Below, in pieces: positions 34,136 through 43,846 of a stretch of 64,000 bases of DNA (position 1 is the first letter of the stretch; each line of letters begins with the position of its first letter). Origin of the DNA: Nannocystis bainbridge (GTDB lineage: Bacteria; Myxococcota_A; Polyangia; Nannocystales; Nannocystaceae). The notes beneath the pieces are model-generated. The model saw nothing but the letters and a program-made list of their open reading frames with translations, ran no database searches and was not told the origin of the DNA. The translations under genes were made by a program, and so were the position numbers. Location of the stretch: the NCBI RefSeq assembly GCF_028368995.1, contig NZ_JAQNDL010000002.1:1056001-1120000 (forward strand), given 5' to 3'.

Positions 34136-35167
34136 TCACATCGGCAGCGGCGGGGCGCAGGTCGAGACGCCGGCGCCGACGATCCGGACCGGGGCCTGGG
34201 TGAGCAGGGTGAGCGCCTGGTCGCTGTCGTCGCTGTTGTCGAAGTCGAGGTGCCAGACCTCGCTGTTGGTGACGAAAGCGCCGGTGGAGGTGAAGAGGTA
34301 GAAGTCGCCGCCCCACCAGGCGAACGCGAACGCGCTCTCGCTCTTGAGACCGGGCAGCGGCAGCACGTCGATCACGGCGCCGGTGTCCTTGTCGTACTCG
34401 GTGAGGATCGAGGGCGCTAAGCCCTGGAACGCGAACAGCCGGCCGGTGCCGGTGCCGGTGAGCTCGCCCCAGGCGTAGTCGATGCCGGCGATCGTCGAGA
34501 GGACGAGGGACTGCGGATCGATGACGCCGAGCGCTCCCACGTCGGGGCCCTGGAGGTCGGGCGAGATGCCGGAGTGGGCGTAGAGCTTGTCGCACGGGTC
34601 GTTCAGGCTGTTGGCGACGAAGGCCATGCCGAACTGCGGGAACATCGGGTTGTCGGGGGTGAACCCGGGATCGAGGCACTTCACGGGGTCGCTGGCGTCG
34701 TTGAGGTCGACGGTATAGAGGTCGCCGTTCCAGTACTGAATCCAGGCGCGGCCCTTGCGACTGACGCCCATCGAATAGGTGTCGACCATGCCGCCGCAGT
34801 GGATGTCGGCGATAAAGGCGAACTCGCCCGACTTCGGATCGAAGCTCCACAGCGAGCCGACATCGGAGAGGACGTACACGAGCTCGGTGCCCTCGGCGCA
34901 CGGACAGCCGACCTCGGGCTCGTTGTCGGCGCCGGTCATCTCGATGCCGGTGGTGGTCGGCTGGTCGCCGCTGTCCCAGCCGCTGCCGCCCGGACCCCCG
35001 GTTCCGCCGTCGGTCGCGGAGACGAAGCCGTTGGCGTCGTTGCCGTCACCGTCGCCGTCGTCGTCGTCGTCGAAGTCGCCATCGTCGTCGCCGCCGAACA
35101 GAGGGAAGGGACAGGCAGGGAGGAGCGAGACGGTGACGAGGAGCCCAAGAAGGCGGACGCTGCGCAT
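34136..35167 (-). CDS. Lipoprotein with acidic linker and putative beta-propeller
   Basis: MRSVRLLGLLVTVSLLPAC lipobox; C-terminal FAFAWWGGDFYLFT...IVGAGVSTCAP. Confidence 0.8.
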   Translation of the reverse strand: MRSVRLLGLLVTVSLLPACPFPLFGGDDDGDFDDDDDGDGDGNDANGFVSATDGGTGGPGGSGWDSGDQPTTTGIEMTGADNEPEVGCPCAEGTELVYVLSDVGSLWSFDPKSGEFAFIADIHCGGMVDTYSMGVSRKGRAWIQYWNGDLYTVDLNDASDPVKCLDPGFTPDNPMFPQFGMAFVANSLNDPCDKLYAHSGISPDLQGPDVGALGVIDPQSLVLSTIAGIDYAWGELTGTGTGRLFAFQGLAPSILTEYDKDTGAVIDVLPLPGLKSESAFAFAWWGGDFYLFTSTGAFVTNSEVWHLDFDNSDDSDQALTLLTQAPVRIVGAGVSTCAPPLPM

Positions 35168-35653
35168 GATGTCGACGATAGCGAAGATCGCGGTGCGGGC
35201 CCGTAATCGGCCGTCTGGGGCCGCCTGGCGGCGGTTCTCGCGGGCCCGGGTCCGACGGCGGTCCGCCAGCGCCCGCGCGCGTACGACCGCCGGCCGCGGG
35301 GCCGTGATCGCCGACGCGCGCGCGTCACCTGTCCCAAGAGATCGGCCCGCTCCGCGCGTCTCGATCGGCGACGCCGTGCATGGCGAAGATCCGGGCGTCA
35401 CCCCCGCCTGTGCCAAGGGCCAGGTGAAGATCGGCCTCCGCATGTGACCCATGGCACCTGGCCTCAAGACCCTGGCGCTTGGGGCATGCCTGAAGGTTCC
35501 GGTGCGCGGCCGGGCGCTGGCGCCGGTCCCGAAGGACAGGTCCCAGAGGTCCTGTCGCTGGGGCCGGGTTCCCCCATGAGTTATCTCCATTCGGTGACTG
35601 TTCTAAGGGCCAGGAATCATGTGTCATCGTCTGACTCTCCCAATCCACCACCA

Positions 35654-36055
35654 ATGAGCGACGGGACCATGGACGAAAACGAAGTTGCACAAGAGATCGG
35701 CAAGCGCATTCGCCAATGGCGAATGAATACGCCGCCTCCGAAGACGCGCCGCAAGCGGCAGAACGAGACGGGCTGGCGCCCGCACATGACGATCGAGGAG
35801 CTTGCGAAGGCCACCGGCCTGACGGTCACCACCGTCAACAAGCTCGAGCTCGGCTACAAGGCGCCGCGGATCGAGTCGCTGCTGCTGCTCTCGCAGGCCT
35901 TCGGGTGCGATCCCAGCGAGCTCCTGCCGAAGACGAAGCACCGCAACACCGGCAAGTCCGAGCTGCTCAACGAGCTGTCCGCGGCGGCGACGCAGCTGGG
36001 CGCCAAGCAACTCCGCGAGCTCATCAAGCAGGCCCGCGGGATGGAGCCGGGCTGA
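35654..36055 (+). CDS. XRE-family HTH regulator
   Basis: IGKRIRQWR...MTIEELAKATGLTVTTVNKLELG...PRIESLLLLSQAFGCDPSELL, with a basic insertion before helix 2. Confidence 0.85.
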   Translation: MSDGTMDENEVAQEIGKRIRQWRMNTPPPKTRRKRQNETGWRPHMTIEELAKATGLTVTTVNKLELGYKAPRIESLLLLSQAFGCDPSELLPKTKHRNTGKSELLNELSAAATQLGAKQLRELIKQARGMEPG

Positions 36056-36139
36056 AGGCCCGCCCGGTGGCCGCGGTCCGCACCGCGGCCGCCACCCGTC
36101 CGTCCGGTCGAGAACCGGCGAGACTCTCGATGTGGGGGC

Positions 36140-36168
36140 TTGCGGCCGGGAGCGAGGAAGGCTATAAG
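36140..36168 (+). promoter_or_regulatory. Sigma70-like promoter for the tRNA
   Basis: TTGCGG-N17-TATAAG followed by a GC-rich discriminator, 17 bp upstream of the tRNA. Confidence 0.6.
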
Positions 36169-36185
36169 GCGCCTCCACCCGCTGC

Positions 36186-36257
36186 GGGCGCGTAACTCAG
36201 CGGTAGAGTGCCACCTTCACACGGTGGAAGCCATAGGTTCGATCCCTATCGCGCCCA
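36186..36257 (+). tRNA. tRNA-Val (CAC), CCA not encoded
   Basis: Acceptor GGGCGCG/CGCGCCC, D arm ACTCAGCGGTAGAGT, anticodon stem CCACC-TTCACAC-GGTGG, T loop GGTTCGATCCC. Confidence 0.96.
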
Positions 36258-36284
36258 TAAGACAATCAGCCAAGTTCATGGCCC

Positions 36285-36316
36285 CGAGAGCCGCCGCAAG
36301 GCGGCTCTCGTCGTTT
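36285..36316 (+). terminator. Hairpin, probable terminator after the tRNA
   Basis: CGAGAGCCGCC-GCAA-GGCGGCTCTCG followed by TCGTTT. Confidence 0.65.
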
Positions 36317-36488
36317 GGTCGCTCGATCATCCGGAGTGAGTGACGCGATCGCCGCGCGATGGGGAACCGCGAGGTGCTGACAGTGCGCTCGCCGGTGTGG
36401 CGCGGACGAGAGGCGAGCGTGGTCCGGGGATGCGCGTGGGAATCGCGCGAGTCCGGGGCGAGAGGCAGGAGCGCCGGAGGGCCAGACG

Positions 36489-36794
36489 TCAGCGACGGCG
36501 CTCGCGTGCCTCGGCGCGCGCGTCGATCGCGTCCTTCGCTTCCTTGAGGCCGACGCCGTGGACCTCGCGGAAGCGCTTGATCGCCTCGATCTTCTGATCG
36601 TCGCGCAACAGTCGGTCGAGCTCGGCCTCGAATGCCGACAGCGCCGGTCTGGACGCCTGGGTGAACTCCCAGCGCAGAGCTTCGACCGCGGCGCGGGCGG
36701 CCAGCAGGGTGCCGCCGTGGCGAGCGCGATGGCGGCGAATGGCCTCGATGGTCGCGCCGTGGCGGACGAGCTCGCGGATGTCGGCGTCGGTCAC
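36489..36794 (-). CDS. Small protein with two ribosomal L7/L12 C-terminal-like motifs
   Basis: TIEAIRRHRARHGGTLLAARAAVE and KIEAIKRFREVHGVGLKEAKDAID. Confidence 0.75.
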   Translation of the reverse strand: MTDADIRELVRHGATIEAIRRHRARHGGTLLAARAAVEALRWEFTQASRPALSAFEAELDRLLRDDQKIEAIKRFREVHGVGLKEAKDAIDARAEARERRR

Positions 36795-36803
36795 CCGTCG
36801 ATC

Positions 36804-37529
36804 CTACGCGGGTCGCCGGCGACGGAGGAGGAAAACCACGGCGAGGCCCACGGGCGCGGCCGCGAGGACCAGCCACGGCCAGCGCGGGCGCGCGGGCGCA
36901 GGCTCGGGGATCGCGATCGGCTGCGCCGCCGGCTTCGATGCGGCTCCGGGCTCCGGGGTCGAGGTGGTCGCGAGTTCGGGTCGGCGGATGGTCAGCGCGG
37001 ATCTGCGCCGGTGCGCCACGAAATCGAGCTCGGGGACACCTGGCTGAGAGGACATGTCCTGAAAGACAACATGGCCGAGGAGCCGGTGGCCGGGGGCGAG
37101 GCGGCCGAGCAGCGGGAGGCGGAGGGTGAAGGCGTCGAGCGGGCCGGGGCAGGCGAAGCCGACCGCGACGGAGAGGCCGTCCTCCTCGACGAAGCTGATC
37201 TTCTCGACGGTGCCGGGGCAGGCGGCGGTGTCGCGGAAGATGTGGATGCCCGTGAGGACCTGCTCGCTGAGCAATGTCTCGACGGACAGGAGCTCGAGCT
37301 CGTCGAGCTGCCCGCTGCGATCGGCGTCGGCGCCTGGCACGAGCTCGACGATCTCGGGACGGGCGAACACCAGCTCGGCGGTGATGCGCGCCCCGGCGAC
37401 CCGGAGCTCGGCACGCGAGAGGCCGCGCTCGTGTGCGTGCGCGAGGGCGGGGGCGGCGATGCCGACGATTACGACGGAGATGGTTCGGAGGAGGCGCGCG
37501 ATTCCAGGGGCGAGCGTGGTGCGGAGGCG
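36804..37529 (-). CDS. Exported protein resembling the N-terminal domain of HupE/UreJ-associated proteins, with C-terminal TM anchor; start unresolved
   Basis: Signal ...VVIVGIAAPALAHA-HERGLS; DADRSGQLD EF-hand-like loop; Cys pair; PGHR; C-terminal TM plus RRRR. No clear in-frame start codon nearby. Confidence 0.6.
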   Translation of the reverse strand, partial: RLRTTLAPGIARLLRTISVVIVGIAAPALAHAHERGLSRAELRVAGARITAELVFARPEIVELVPGADADRSGQLDELELLSVETLLSEQVLTGIHIFRDTAACPGTVEKISFVEEDGLSVAVGFACPGPLDAFTLRLPLLGRLAPGHRLLGHVVFQDMSSQPGVPELDFVAHRRRSALTIRRPELATTSTPEPGAASKPAAQPIAIPEPAPARPRWPWLVLAAAPVGLAVVFLLRRRRPA

Positions 37530-37828
37530 GCAGGGGCTCGATCGCTCGCGCTCGTGGGATGCTGGGGAGATGCGAGCTCGGTGGTTTCGGCCGGTGCGAG
37601 CGAGCCCGCGAGCGCGGCGCTCGGGAGCGTCGCGGAGGCGAACCGGCGCGCCGATACCTTCGACCTGTGACCCCCGGGCTGCCTTGATAGCGCCGACGTT
37701 GCCGAGGTGTTCCTGCAGCAGGCGACGGAGGCGGCCGGGGCGAGCGAGCACGAGGCCATGGGACGCGAGCGACGGCGACCGTGCAAGCGGGACTTTCGCG
37801 GTCGGGCAGGGCCCGCTAGCCTGTGCGG

Positions 37829-38530
37829 GTGACCGACGAGCCGCTGAGCTTGACCAAGGTGACGGCGTCGATCGGCGGAGCGCTGCTCGCCGCGTCGTTC
37901 TTCCTGCCGCTGGTGGACATGCGGGCCGGCGGCTCGGCGGCGGGAGACGTGTTCGGGGTGGAGTCGATGCGCCGCCAGATCGAGGGCTCGCGCGAGTTCG
38001 AGAGCGTGAAGCCGCTGATCGCTCCGGCGCTTCAGCAGCTCGAGGCGTTCGGCGCGGGGCCAAGCCTGCGCAACCTCTCGCGCCTGGTCGTGGCGACGAA
38101 GGAGATCGTCGACACGGTGGTGGCCACCGGGCTGGCGCCGGCCGAGGCGAAGGTGGCCTCGACGGCGCTCGGCGCGACGCGGCTGCTCTTATGGTTGGTG
38201 CCGCTGGTGGGGGCGGTGCAAGCGGTGCTGCCGCTGCTGACGCGCTTTCGCGGCTACGCCGGCTTCTTCGGCCTGCTGGCGCGGTTCGGCTTCGGCCTGG
38301 TGTTCGTGACGCTGGCCCTGATCCCGCTGCTCGGGGCCCCGGGCGCGCGCCCGTTCCTCGGGCTCGCGGTCTATGCGGCCCTGTTCGGGGGCGGGCTGAT
38401 GATGGCGAGCGGCATGTTGGGAGTGAGCCGCGGCAACTTCTTGCTGGTGTTCGCGGCCCAGGCCGGGGTGCTGGCGGCGGTGGTGTTCGGGCTGCGGGCG
38501 CTGGTCGAGGCCGGTCAGCGCGCGCTGTGA
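37829..38530 (+). CDS. Membrane protein of unknown function
   Basis: N-terminal ALLAASFFLPLV and about 4 further TM helices. Confidence 0.72.
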   Translation: MTDEPLSLTKVTASIGGALLAASFFLPLVDMRAGGSAAGDVFGVESMRRQIEGSREFESVKPLIAPALQQLEAFGAGPSLRNLSRLVVATKEIVDTVVATGLAPAEAKVASTALGATRLLLWLVPLVGAVQAVLPLLTRFRGYAGFFGLLARFGFGLVFVTLALIPLLGAPGARPFLGLAVYAALFGGGLMMASGMLGVSRGNFLLVFAAQAGVLAAVVFGLRALVEAGQRAL

Positions 38531-38545
38531 GTCCGAAGGTCTCGG

Positions 38546-38611
38546 GGACATGTCGAAAAGGGCATGTCTCCGGGGGCATGGTCGATCGGGCATGTCCTCG
38601 GGGACAGCAGT
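38546..38611. repeat. Five 14-bp-phased GGACATGTCC-like decamers
   Basis: Decamers at 38546, 38560, 38574, 38588 and 38602. Confidence 0.88.
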
Positions 38612-39245
38612 ATGGAGAGCTGGTGATCGCCGGATGCTGCGGTCTCTTGCAGTGGTGGTCGCGGGTAAGTGTTTGGTGATGGCACGTGCATGCGGGCGCC
38701 TGGGTCGGCGTGAAGGCGCTCGCGGGGAAGAACTGCGGGATCGCGGCGCTGACGGGGGCAACTTCGTCCGTCGTTCGAGCGGCGCTCCGACCGATGGATC
38801 GGCGTCGCGCCGATCTCGAAGATGGACCGCCGAGGTCGTGTGGGATGGTGACCGCGAGTCCGCACAGGTAGTCGGCGCTCAGGTGCTCGCCGATCTGCGC
38901 CCGGGTGGACGATGCGGCGTCGTGTCGAGGAGAAGATGGATCGGGCTCGCGCCGATTGGATGCCGAGGCCGGGGGCGCGCAGGCTGGAGCGAGCGAGCGG
39001 CGGCATGTGGGTGTGCGGCCCGGGTCGGCAGTTCGCGCCAGTGGCTGCGCAGCCGGGAGGTCGAGGGCGTGCGCGGTCCGGTGGGCGGATTCCCTGGCGA
39101 GGACGCGAAAGGGCTGTGGGCGAGCTCGGCGAGGCGTGTATGGCGCCGGGCTGGTGCGTGACCCCGCCGGTGAGGACGAGCCCGCGGGTGGCCGCGTCGG
39201 CAGGCTAGCACCGGGGCGTGGCGTGCGGGCATACTCGCAGGCGCG

Positions 39246-42200
39246 TTGACCGATCCCACGAAGGCCGCCGAATCCGATGCGCAGGGGCTGCGCGATGCGT
39301 TTCACCAGCACTTCGGCGTCGTGCGAGCCGCCGCCCGTCTGTTCGGGATCCCGTCGTCGTTGCTCGACGACGTGGCCCTGCAGACGTTCGTGATGGCCCA
39401 CGGGCGCGGCGAGGACTTGCAGCAGCTGGCGATCGCCCGCTCGCGGCTGGTCACGCTGACGCGGCGAGTGGCCGAGTGGTACCGCGAGGAGATGCCGCCG
39501 GCGACCGTCGACGTGCCGGTCGAATTTCCCGGTTCGGATGTGCTGGCGCGGTTTGTCGGGGGTCTGGCGCCGCAGGCCCGCGAGGTGTTCGTGCTGGCGG
39601 AGCTCGGCGGTCTGCGGGTCCCCGAGATCTCGGCAGAGCTCGGAGTCGGCTTCGAGGCGGCGCGAGCCCAGGTGGTCGAACTGGTGCGGGACTTCGCGGC
39701 GGCGACGGCTGCGGCCGGCGCCGAAGAGGTGCTTCACGACCTGGTGCGCGTGCTCGATCCGCCGCCTGTCCAGCGCGAGCTGCAGTTCGCGGCGCTGGAG
39801 GCCCGGCTGGCGCCGCGGTCGCTGACGCCGGAGGGGGCCGAGCCGGCGCATTCGCAGTGGATCATGCCGATCAGCCTCCGGCGAGCCTCGAGCGGGGCGA
39901 TGCAGGCGGCAGAGCCGGCCGCGGAGGCAGGTGCTTCGGGACAGGTCGGCCCGCTGGCCGCGGGGACTAATGCTTCGGGACAGGTGGCGGTCGAGGGCTC
40001 GCTGGCCGCGGGGACAGGTGCTTCGGGACAGGTCGGCTCGCTGGCCGCGGGGACAGGTGCTTCGGGACAGGTCGACTCGCTGGCCGCGGGGACAGGCCCT
40101 TCGGGACATGTCGTCGGGGGGGCCGGTGCTTCAGGCGATATCCTCGGCTTGAGCCCGGGAGGGCTGGTGGGCGGGGCCGGCGGGACGCCGGGCGGGGCCG
40201 GTGCGGAGGCCCAGGATGGTGCTCCGGCAGGATCGGGCGCGAGTGGACAGCTGGCCGGAGGGACAGGTGCGGCGCCGGGGTTGGCACCGCCTCCGCCGAT
40301 CGGCGGGCAGGGAGTTCAGGGCGCGGAGGTCAATAGCGGGTCCGTGCTGGCCGCGCTCGCGCAGATGACCGAAGGGACAGGTGCCGTCGGGCACGGCCAG
40401 GGTCTGCCGCCTGGGGGCGGGCCGATGGCCGCCGGCCCAGGGGGGGCGCCGGCCGGAGTCGGTGCGGTTGCGCAAAACCCCGCGTGGCCTGCTCCGGGCG
40501 CGAGTGGTCAGGTAGCAGGAGGGACAGGTGGGGCGCCCGCCTGGGGACCGCCGCCCGGGCTCGGGGGTAGCGGGCAGAGTGCTGGTTCGCCGGGTGCTGC
40601 CGCTCCGGGTGGGGCGAGTGGGCAGATGGCCGGAGGGACAGGTGGTGCGCCTGCCTGGGGTCCGCCGCCCGGGGTCGCCGGGAGTTCGCAGAATGCTGGC
40701 TGGCCGGCTCCGCCCGGATCGGGAACTCCGGCGAGTGGGCAGATGGCCGGAGGGACAGGCGGTGCGCCTGCCTGGGGTCCGCCGCCTGGGGTCGTCGGGA
40801 ATCCGCAGAATGCTGGTTGGCCGGCTCCGCCCGGACCGGGGACTCCGGCGAGTGGGCAGATGGCCGGAGGGACAGGTGGTGCGCCTGCCTGGGGTCCGCC
40901 GCCAGGGATTGGCGGCAGTCCGCAGAATTCTGGTTGGCCGGCGTCGCCGCCAGGCGTGGGCGGGGCGGTCGCGGGTTTGTTGCCGCCCGGTCCGGGGGGA
41001 CAGGGCCCTGCGGGGAGCTGGCCTGCGCCTCAAGGCAACGGTCCGGCCGCGGCGCCTGCGGTGAGCGGGCCTTTGGCCGGAGGCCCGGGTGCGGTTTCGG
41101 GGTTGCCGGGCGTCGGTGAGCCGCCGCTCGGTTCAGGGCCAGTATCGCCAGTTTCTCCCGCTCCCGGAGCCTGGGGACCGCCGCCGGGGGGGTTGCCGAC
41201 CGGCGCGGCGCCCGGGAGTTCGGGTGCAGCGCCCGCGCCTGGGCAGGGCAGTCCGGTTTTGGGAGCGACGGCGCCGATCTTCGGTGGTTTGCTCGCGGGT
41301 TCCGGGGTGCCGTCAATGCCTGTCGGGACAGGTCCTTCGGGCCAGATGGCCGGGCCGGGGATGGCTCCGGAGGCAGGTCCCTTGGGACATGCGCCGACCG
41401 GGTTCCAGCCGCCGGCCGGACCGGGGATGGCTCCGGGGACAGGTCCTTTGGGGCATGTGCCGACCGGGTTCCAGCCGCTGGCCGGACCGGCGATGGCTCC
41501 GGGGACAGGTCCTTTGGGGCATGTGCCGGCGGGGCCGCAACCCGCGCTGGCGCCGGCCGGGAACTCAGGGGTGGAGCAGGGTGGGGTGATGTCCCCGGGG
41601 ACAGGTCCCTGGGGACAGGTTCCCTCGGGGCCGCAACCAGCGTTGCCGCTGGCGGGGCATTCGGAGCAGGGTGGAGTGATGGCCCCGGGGAGAGGTCCCT
41701 GGGGACAGGCTCCTCCGGGGCCGCAACCAGCGCTGCAGCCGGCTGGGCATTCGGGCGCGGAGCAGGGGCAGATGGCGCCTGGGACAGGTCCCTGGGGACA
41801 GGCTCCTGCGGGGCCGCAGCCGGCGCTTCCGCCCGGACAGGCGGCGGGGATGGCTCCCGGGACAGGTCCTTGGGGACATCCAGCGGGGTCGCAACCGGCG
41901 TCTGAACCGGCGGCGGGGACCGGACCTTGGGGACATCCCGCGGGGCCGCAGGTGGCGCTGCCGCCGGCGGGGCATTCGGGCGCGGAGCCGGGGAGTGGGA
42001 TGGCCCCGGGGACAGGTCCCTGGGGACATGCTCCCTCGGCGCCGCAGGCGGCGCTGCCACCGGGACAGGGTGCTGGCATGGCTCCGGGGACAGGTCCCTG
42101 GGGACAGGTGCCGCCCGGACCGGCGCCTGGGGCGGCGTGGGGGCCGCCCGGTCCGGTCCCGGCGCCTGGGCGCCAAGCTGCCCCGCCGAAGCGGTCGGGC

Positions 42201-43010
42201 TCGATCGTCGCCGACCTCGACGTACCCGAGCGCGACCTCAATGAACGTCCGCGGCGGCTCGTGCCCGGATCGATGGCGCTCGTGCTGGTTTGCTTGCTGG
42301 TGCTCGGGATCGCCGGGGGCGGCGGATACCTCGCCTGGGAGCGGTCGCAGGCGCAGCCGACGCTCGAACCGACGGTCGAGCCCGAGGCCGTGACGCTGCC
42401 GCCGGTCGAAGGGCCCGAGGCCGCGCCCGTGCCGGTCGATCCCGCCGTGCCGGGGGCGACGACGTCGACTCCGACGGGCACGTCGCCGGGCGCGACACCC
42501 GGCACGACGCCGACCACGTCACCGGGCACGACGCCGGGCAAGACGGATCCGGCGCCGACGAAGACGGGCACGACGCCGACGACCAAGCCTCCGAAGACGA
42601 AGTCCGAGTCCGGCAGCTCCACGCCGAAGAAGCCGCCGGCCGAGAAGACGGGCTCGAGCTCGAAGACGGGCTCGGGCGGCACCAAGAAGGCCGATCCGGC
42701 CGAGGAGCTGGCCAAGCGCAAGGACCAGGCGGACGCGGCAGATCCGGGGCGCGTGCTGGTCGAGCTCGAGTATCTCAGCGCGATCGACAAGGCGCTCAAG
42801 GCCGGCAACTGGGCCCAGGCGCTGGCCTACATCGATCAGCACGACAAGGAGCTGCCGGGCGGGCAGTTGGTCGACAAGTTCGACGAGCGGCGGATCCGGG
42901 CGCTGTGCGGGATGGGTCGGGCGAGCGAGGCGCAGGCCAAGGTGACGCAGATCCTGGCCAAGCGCCCGAGCTCGAAGGTGAAGACGGCCCTGGCCGAGTC
43001 CTGCAAATGA
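39246..43010 (+). CDS. ECF sigma-like domain fused via a very long Gly/Pro repeat linker to a TM and TPR-like (anti-sigma-type) C-terminus
   Basis: Region-2-like FHQHFGVVRAAARLFGIPSSLLDDVALQTF; region-4-like LAPQAREVFVLAELGGLRVPEISAELGV; TM ALVLVCLLVLGIAGGGGYLAW; C-terminal ALAYIDQHDKELPGGQL...RIRALCGMGR. Confidence 0.75.
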   Translation: MTDPTKAAESDAQGLRDAFHQHFGVVRAAARLFGIPSSLLDDVALQTFVMAHGRGEDLQQLAIARSRLVTLTRRVAEWYREEMPPATVDVPVEFPGSDVLARFVGGLAPQAREVFVLAELGGLRVPEISAELGVGFEAARAQVVELVRDFAAATAAAGAEEVLHDLVRVLDPPPVQRELQFAALEARLAPRSLTPEGAEPAHSQWIMPISLRRASSGAMQAAEPAAEAGASGQVGPLAAGTNASGQVAVEGSLAAGTGASGQVGSLAAGTGASGQVDSLAAGTGPSGHVVGGAGASGDILGLSPGGLVGGAGGTPGGAGAEAQDGAPAGSGASGQLAGGTGAAPGLAPPPPIGGQGVQGAEVNSGSVLAALAQMTEGTGAVGHGQGLPPGGGPMAAGPGGAPAGVGAVAQNPAWPAPGASGQVAGGTGGAPAWGPPPGLGGSGQSAGSPGAAAPGGASGQMAGGTGGAPAWGPPPGVAGSSQNAGWPAPPGSGTPASGQMAGGTGGAPAWGPPPGVVGNPQNAGWPAPPGPGTPASGQMAGGTGGAPAWGPPPGIGGSPQNSGWPASPPGVGGAVAGLLPPGPGGQGPAGSWPAPQGNGPAAAPAVSGPLAGGPGAVSGLPGVGEPPLGSGPVSPVSPAPGAWGPPPGGLPTGAAPGSSGAAPAPGQGSPVLGATAPIFGGLLAGSGVPSMPVGTGPSGQMAGPGMAPEAGPLGHAPTGFQPPAGPGMAPGTGPLGHVPTGFQPLAGPAMAPGTGPLGHVPAGPQPALAPAGNSGVEQGGVMSPGTGPWGQVPSGPQPALPLAGHSEQGGVMAPGRGPWGQAPPGPQPALQPAGHSGAEQGQMAPGTGPWGQAPAGPQPALPPGQAAGMAPGTGPWGHPAGSQPASEPAAGTGPWGHPAGPQVALPPAGHSGAEPGSGMAPGTGPWGHAPSAPQAALPPGQGAGMAPGTGPWGQVPPGPAPGAAWGPPGPVPAPGRQAAPPKRSGSIVADLDVPERDLNERPRRLVPGSMALVLVCLLVLGIAGGGGYLAWERSQAQPTLEPTVEPEAVTLPPVEGPEAAPVPVDPAVPGATTSTPTGTSPGATPGTTPTTSPGTTPGKTDPAPTKTGTTPTTKPPKTKSESGSSTPKKPPAEKTGSSSKTGSGGTKKADPAEELAKRKDQADAADPGRVLVELEYLSAIDKALKAGNWAQALAYIDQHDKELPGGQLVDKFDERRIRALCGMGRASEAQAKVTQILAKRPSSKVKTALAESCK

Positions 43011-43077
43011 GCGCACCCGGGACGCGAGGGGCAGCTCGCCGCGCTCGCGTCCCGATGGTGGTCGGTGGGCATGGGCG

Positions 43078-43290
43078 TGATATGTCTTTCGGGACATGTC
43101 CGTTCGGACTTGTGAAGTCCGAGCAATGGTGGCAACGGATATTGTCCCGAAGGACATGTCCTTGAGGATATGTGCACGCCCGGCGAACTCGCGAGATGGA
43201 CATTGTGTCCGGGCCGCTGAGACTGGCTGGAATGCTCCGCTCGTTGCGATGGCGAGGACAATCTCCAAAGATGTCCTGAAGGACAGGCCA
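43078..43290. repeat. 14-bp-phased GGACATGTCC-like arrays in an intergenic region
   Basis: Decamers at 43078/43092/43106, 43138/43152/43166 and 43267/43281. Confidence 0.85.
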
Positions 43291-43471
43291 CTCGAGATCG
43301 TTGCAACGATTGCCGGCTGCCCGGCGCGCTCGGTGCCAGGGGAAACGCGGCCTCATTCTGCCCCGCGGGCGCCTGCAGGGCCCGTAGCCCGAGCAAAGCC
43401 TTGGCCCGCGCAGGCTGCCTCGCATGGGACGCCGTGCTCGACCAGCGCGAGCAAGGTCGGCAGACCGGCCA

Positions 43472-43640
43472 CCGACAGGGGGGCGGCCGTCCTGGCCGAG
43501 GTGACGCGGCGTGACCTGGGGAGCCCAAGGTCGGCTTCGACGCGCTCACGGCCGACAGGGGGGCGGCCGTCCTGGCCGCGGTGACGCGGCGTGACCTGGG
43601 GAGCCCAAGGTCGGCTTCGACGCGCTCACGGCCGATGGGG
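43472..43640. repeat. Tandem direct repeat, 80-bp unit x2 plus a partial third
   Basis: CCGACAGGGGGGCGGCCGTCCTGGCCG(A/C)GGTGACGCGGCGTGACCTGGGGAGCCCAAGGTCGGCTTCGACGCGCTCACGG at 43472 and 43552. Confidence 0.92.
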
Positions 43641-43813
43641 GACGGCTCCGCTACGCCGCGATCGAGGCCAGGTTTGCGCCGTCTCGCATCTCGTCGCGCC
43701 TCACGATGCGCGCAGGCATGAAGTCGGATGAAGCTGCTGTCACAGCCCAGGGCGTGACGGCTCGATCAGCTTTCATGGTGTCGGCGTCGGCGGTCGCCGC
43801 TGCCTCGAAAGAC

Positions 43814-43846
43814 AAAAATCGGAGCCGCGCGGACGCGGCTCCGATT
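43814..43846 (-). terminator. Rho-independent terminator of the S1-domain gene
   Basis: AATCGGAGCCGCG-CGGA-CGCGGCTCCGATT stem, with an A-run on the left (U-tract on the minus strand). Confidence 0.8.

Noticed and set aside
36489-36794. Calling this gene rplL
   Set aside because: It lacks the N-terminal dimerisation domain and the rplJ/rpoB context.
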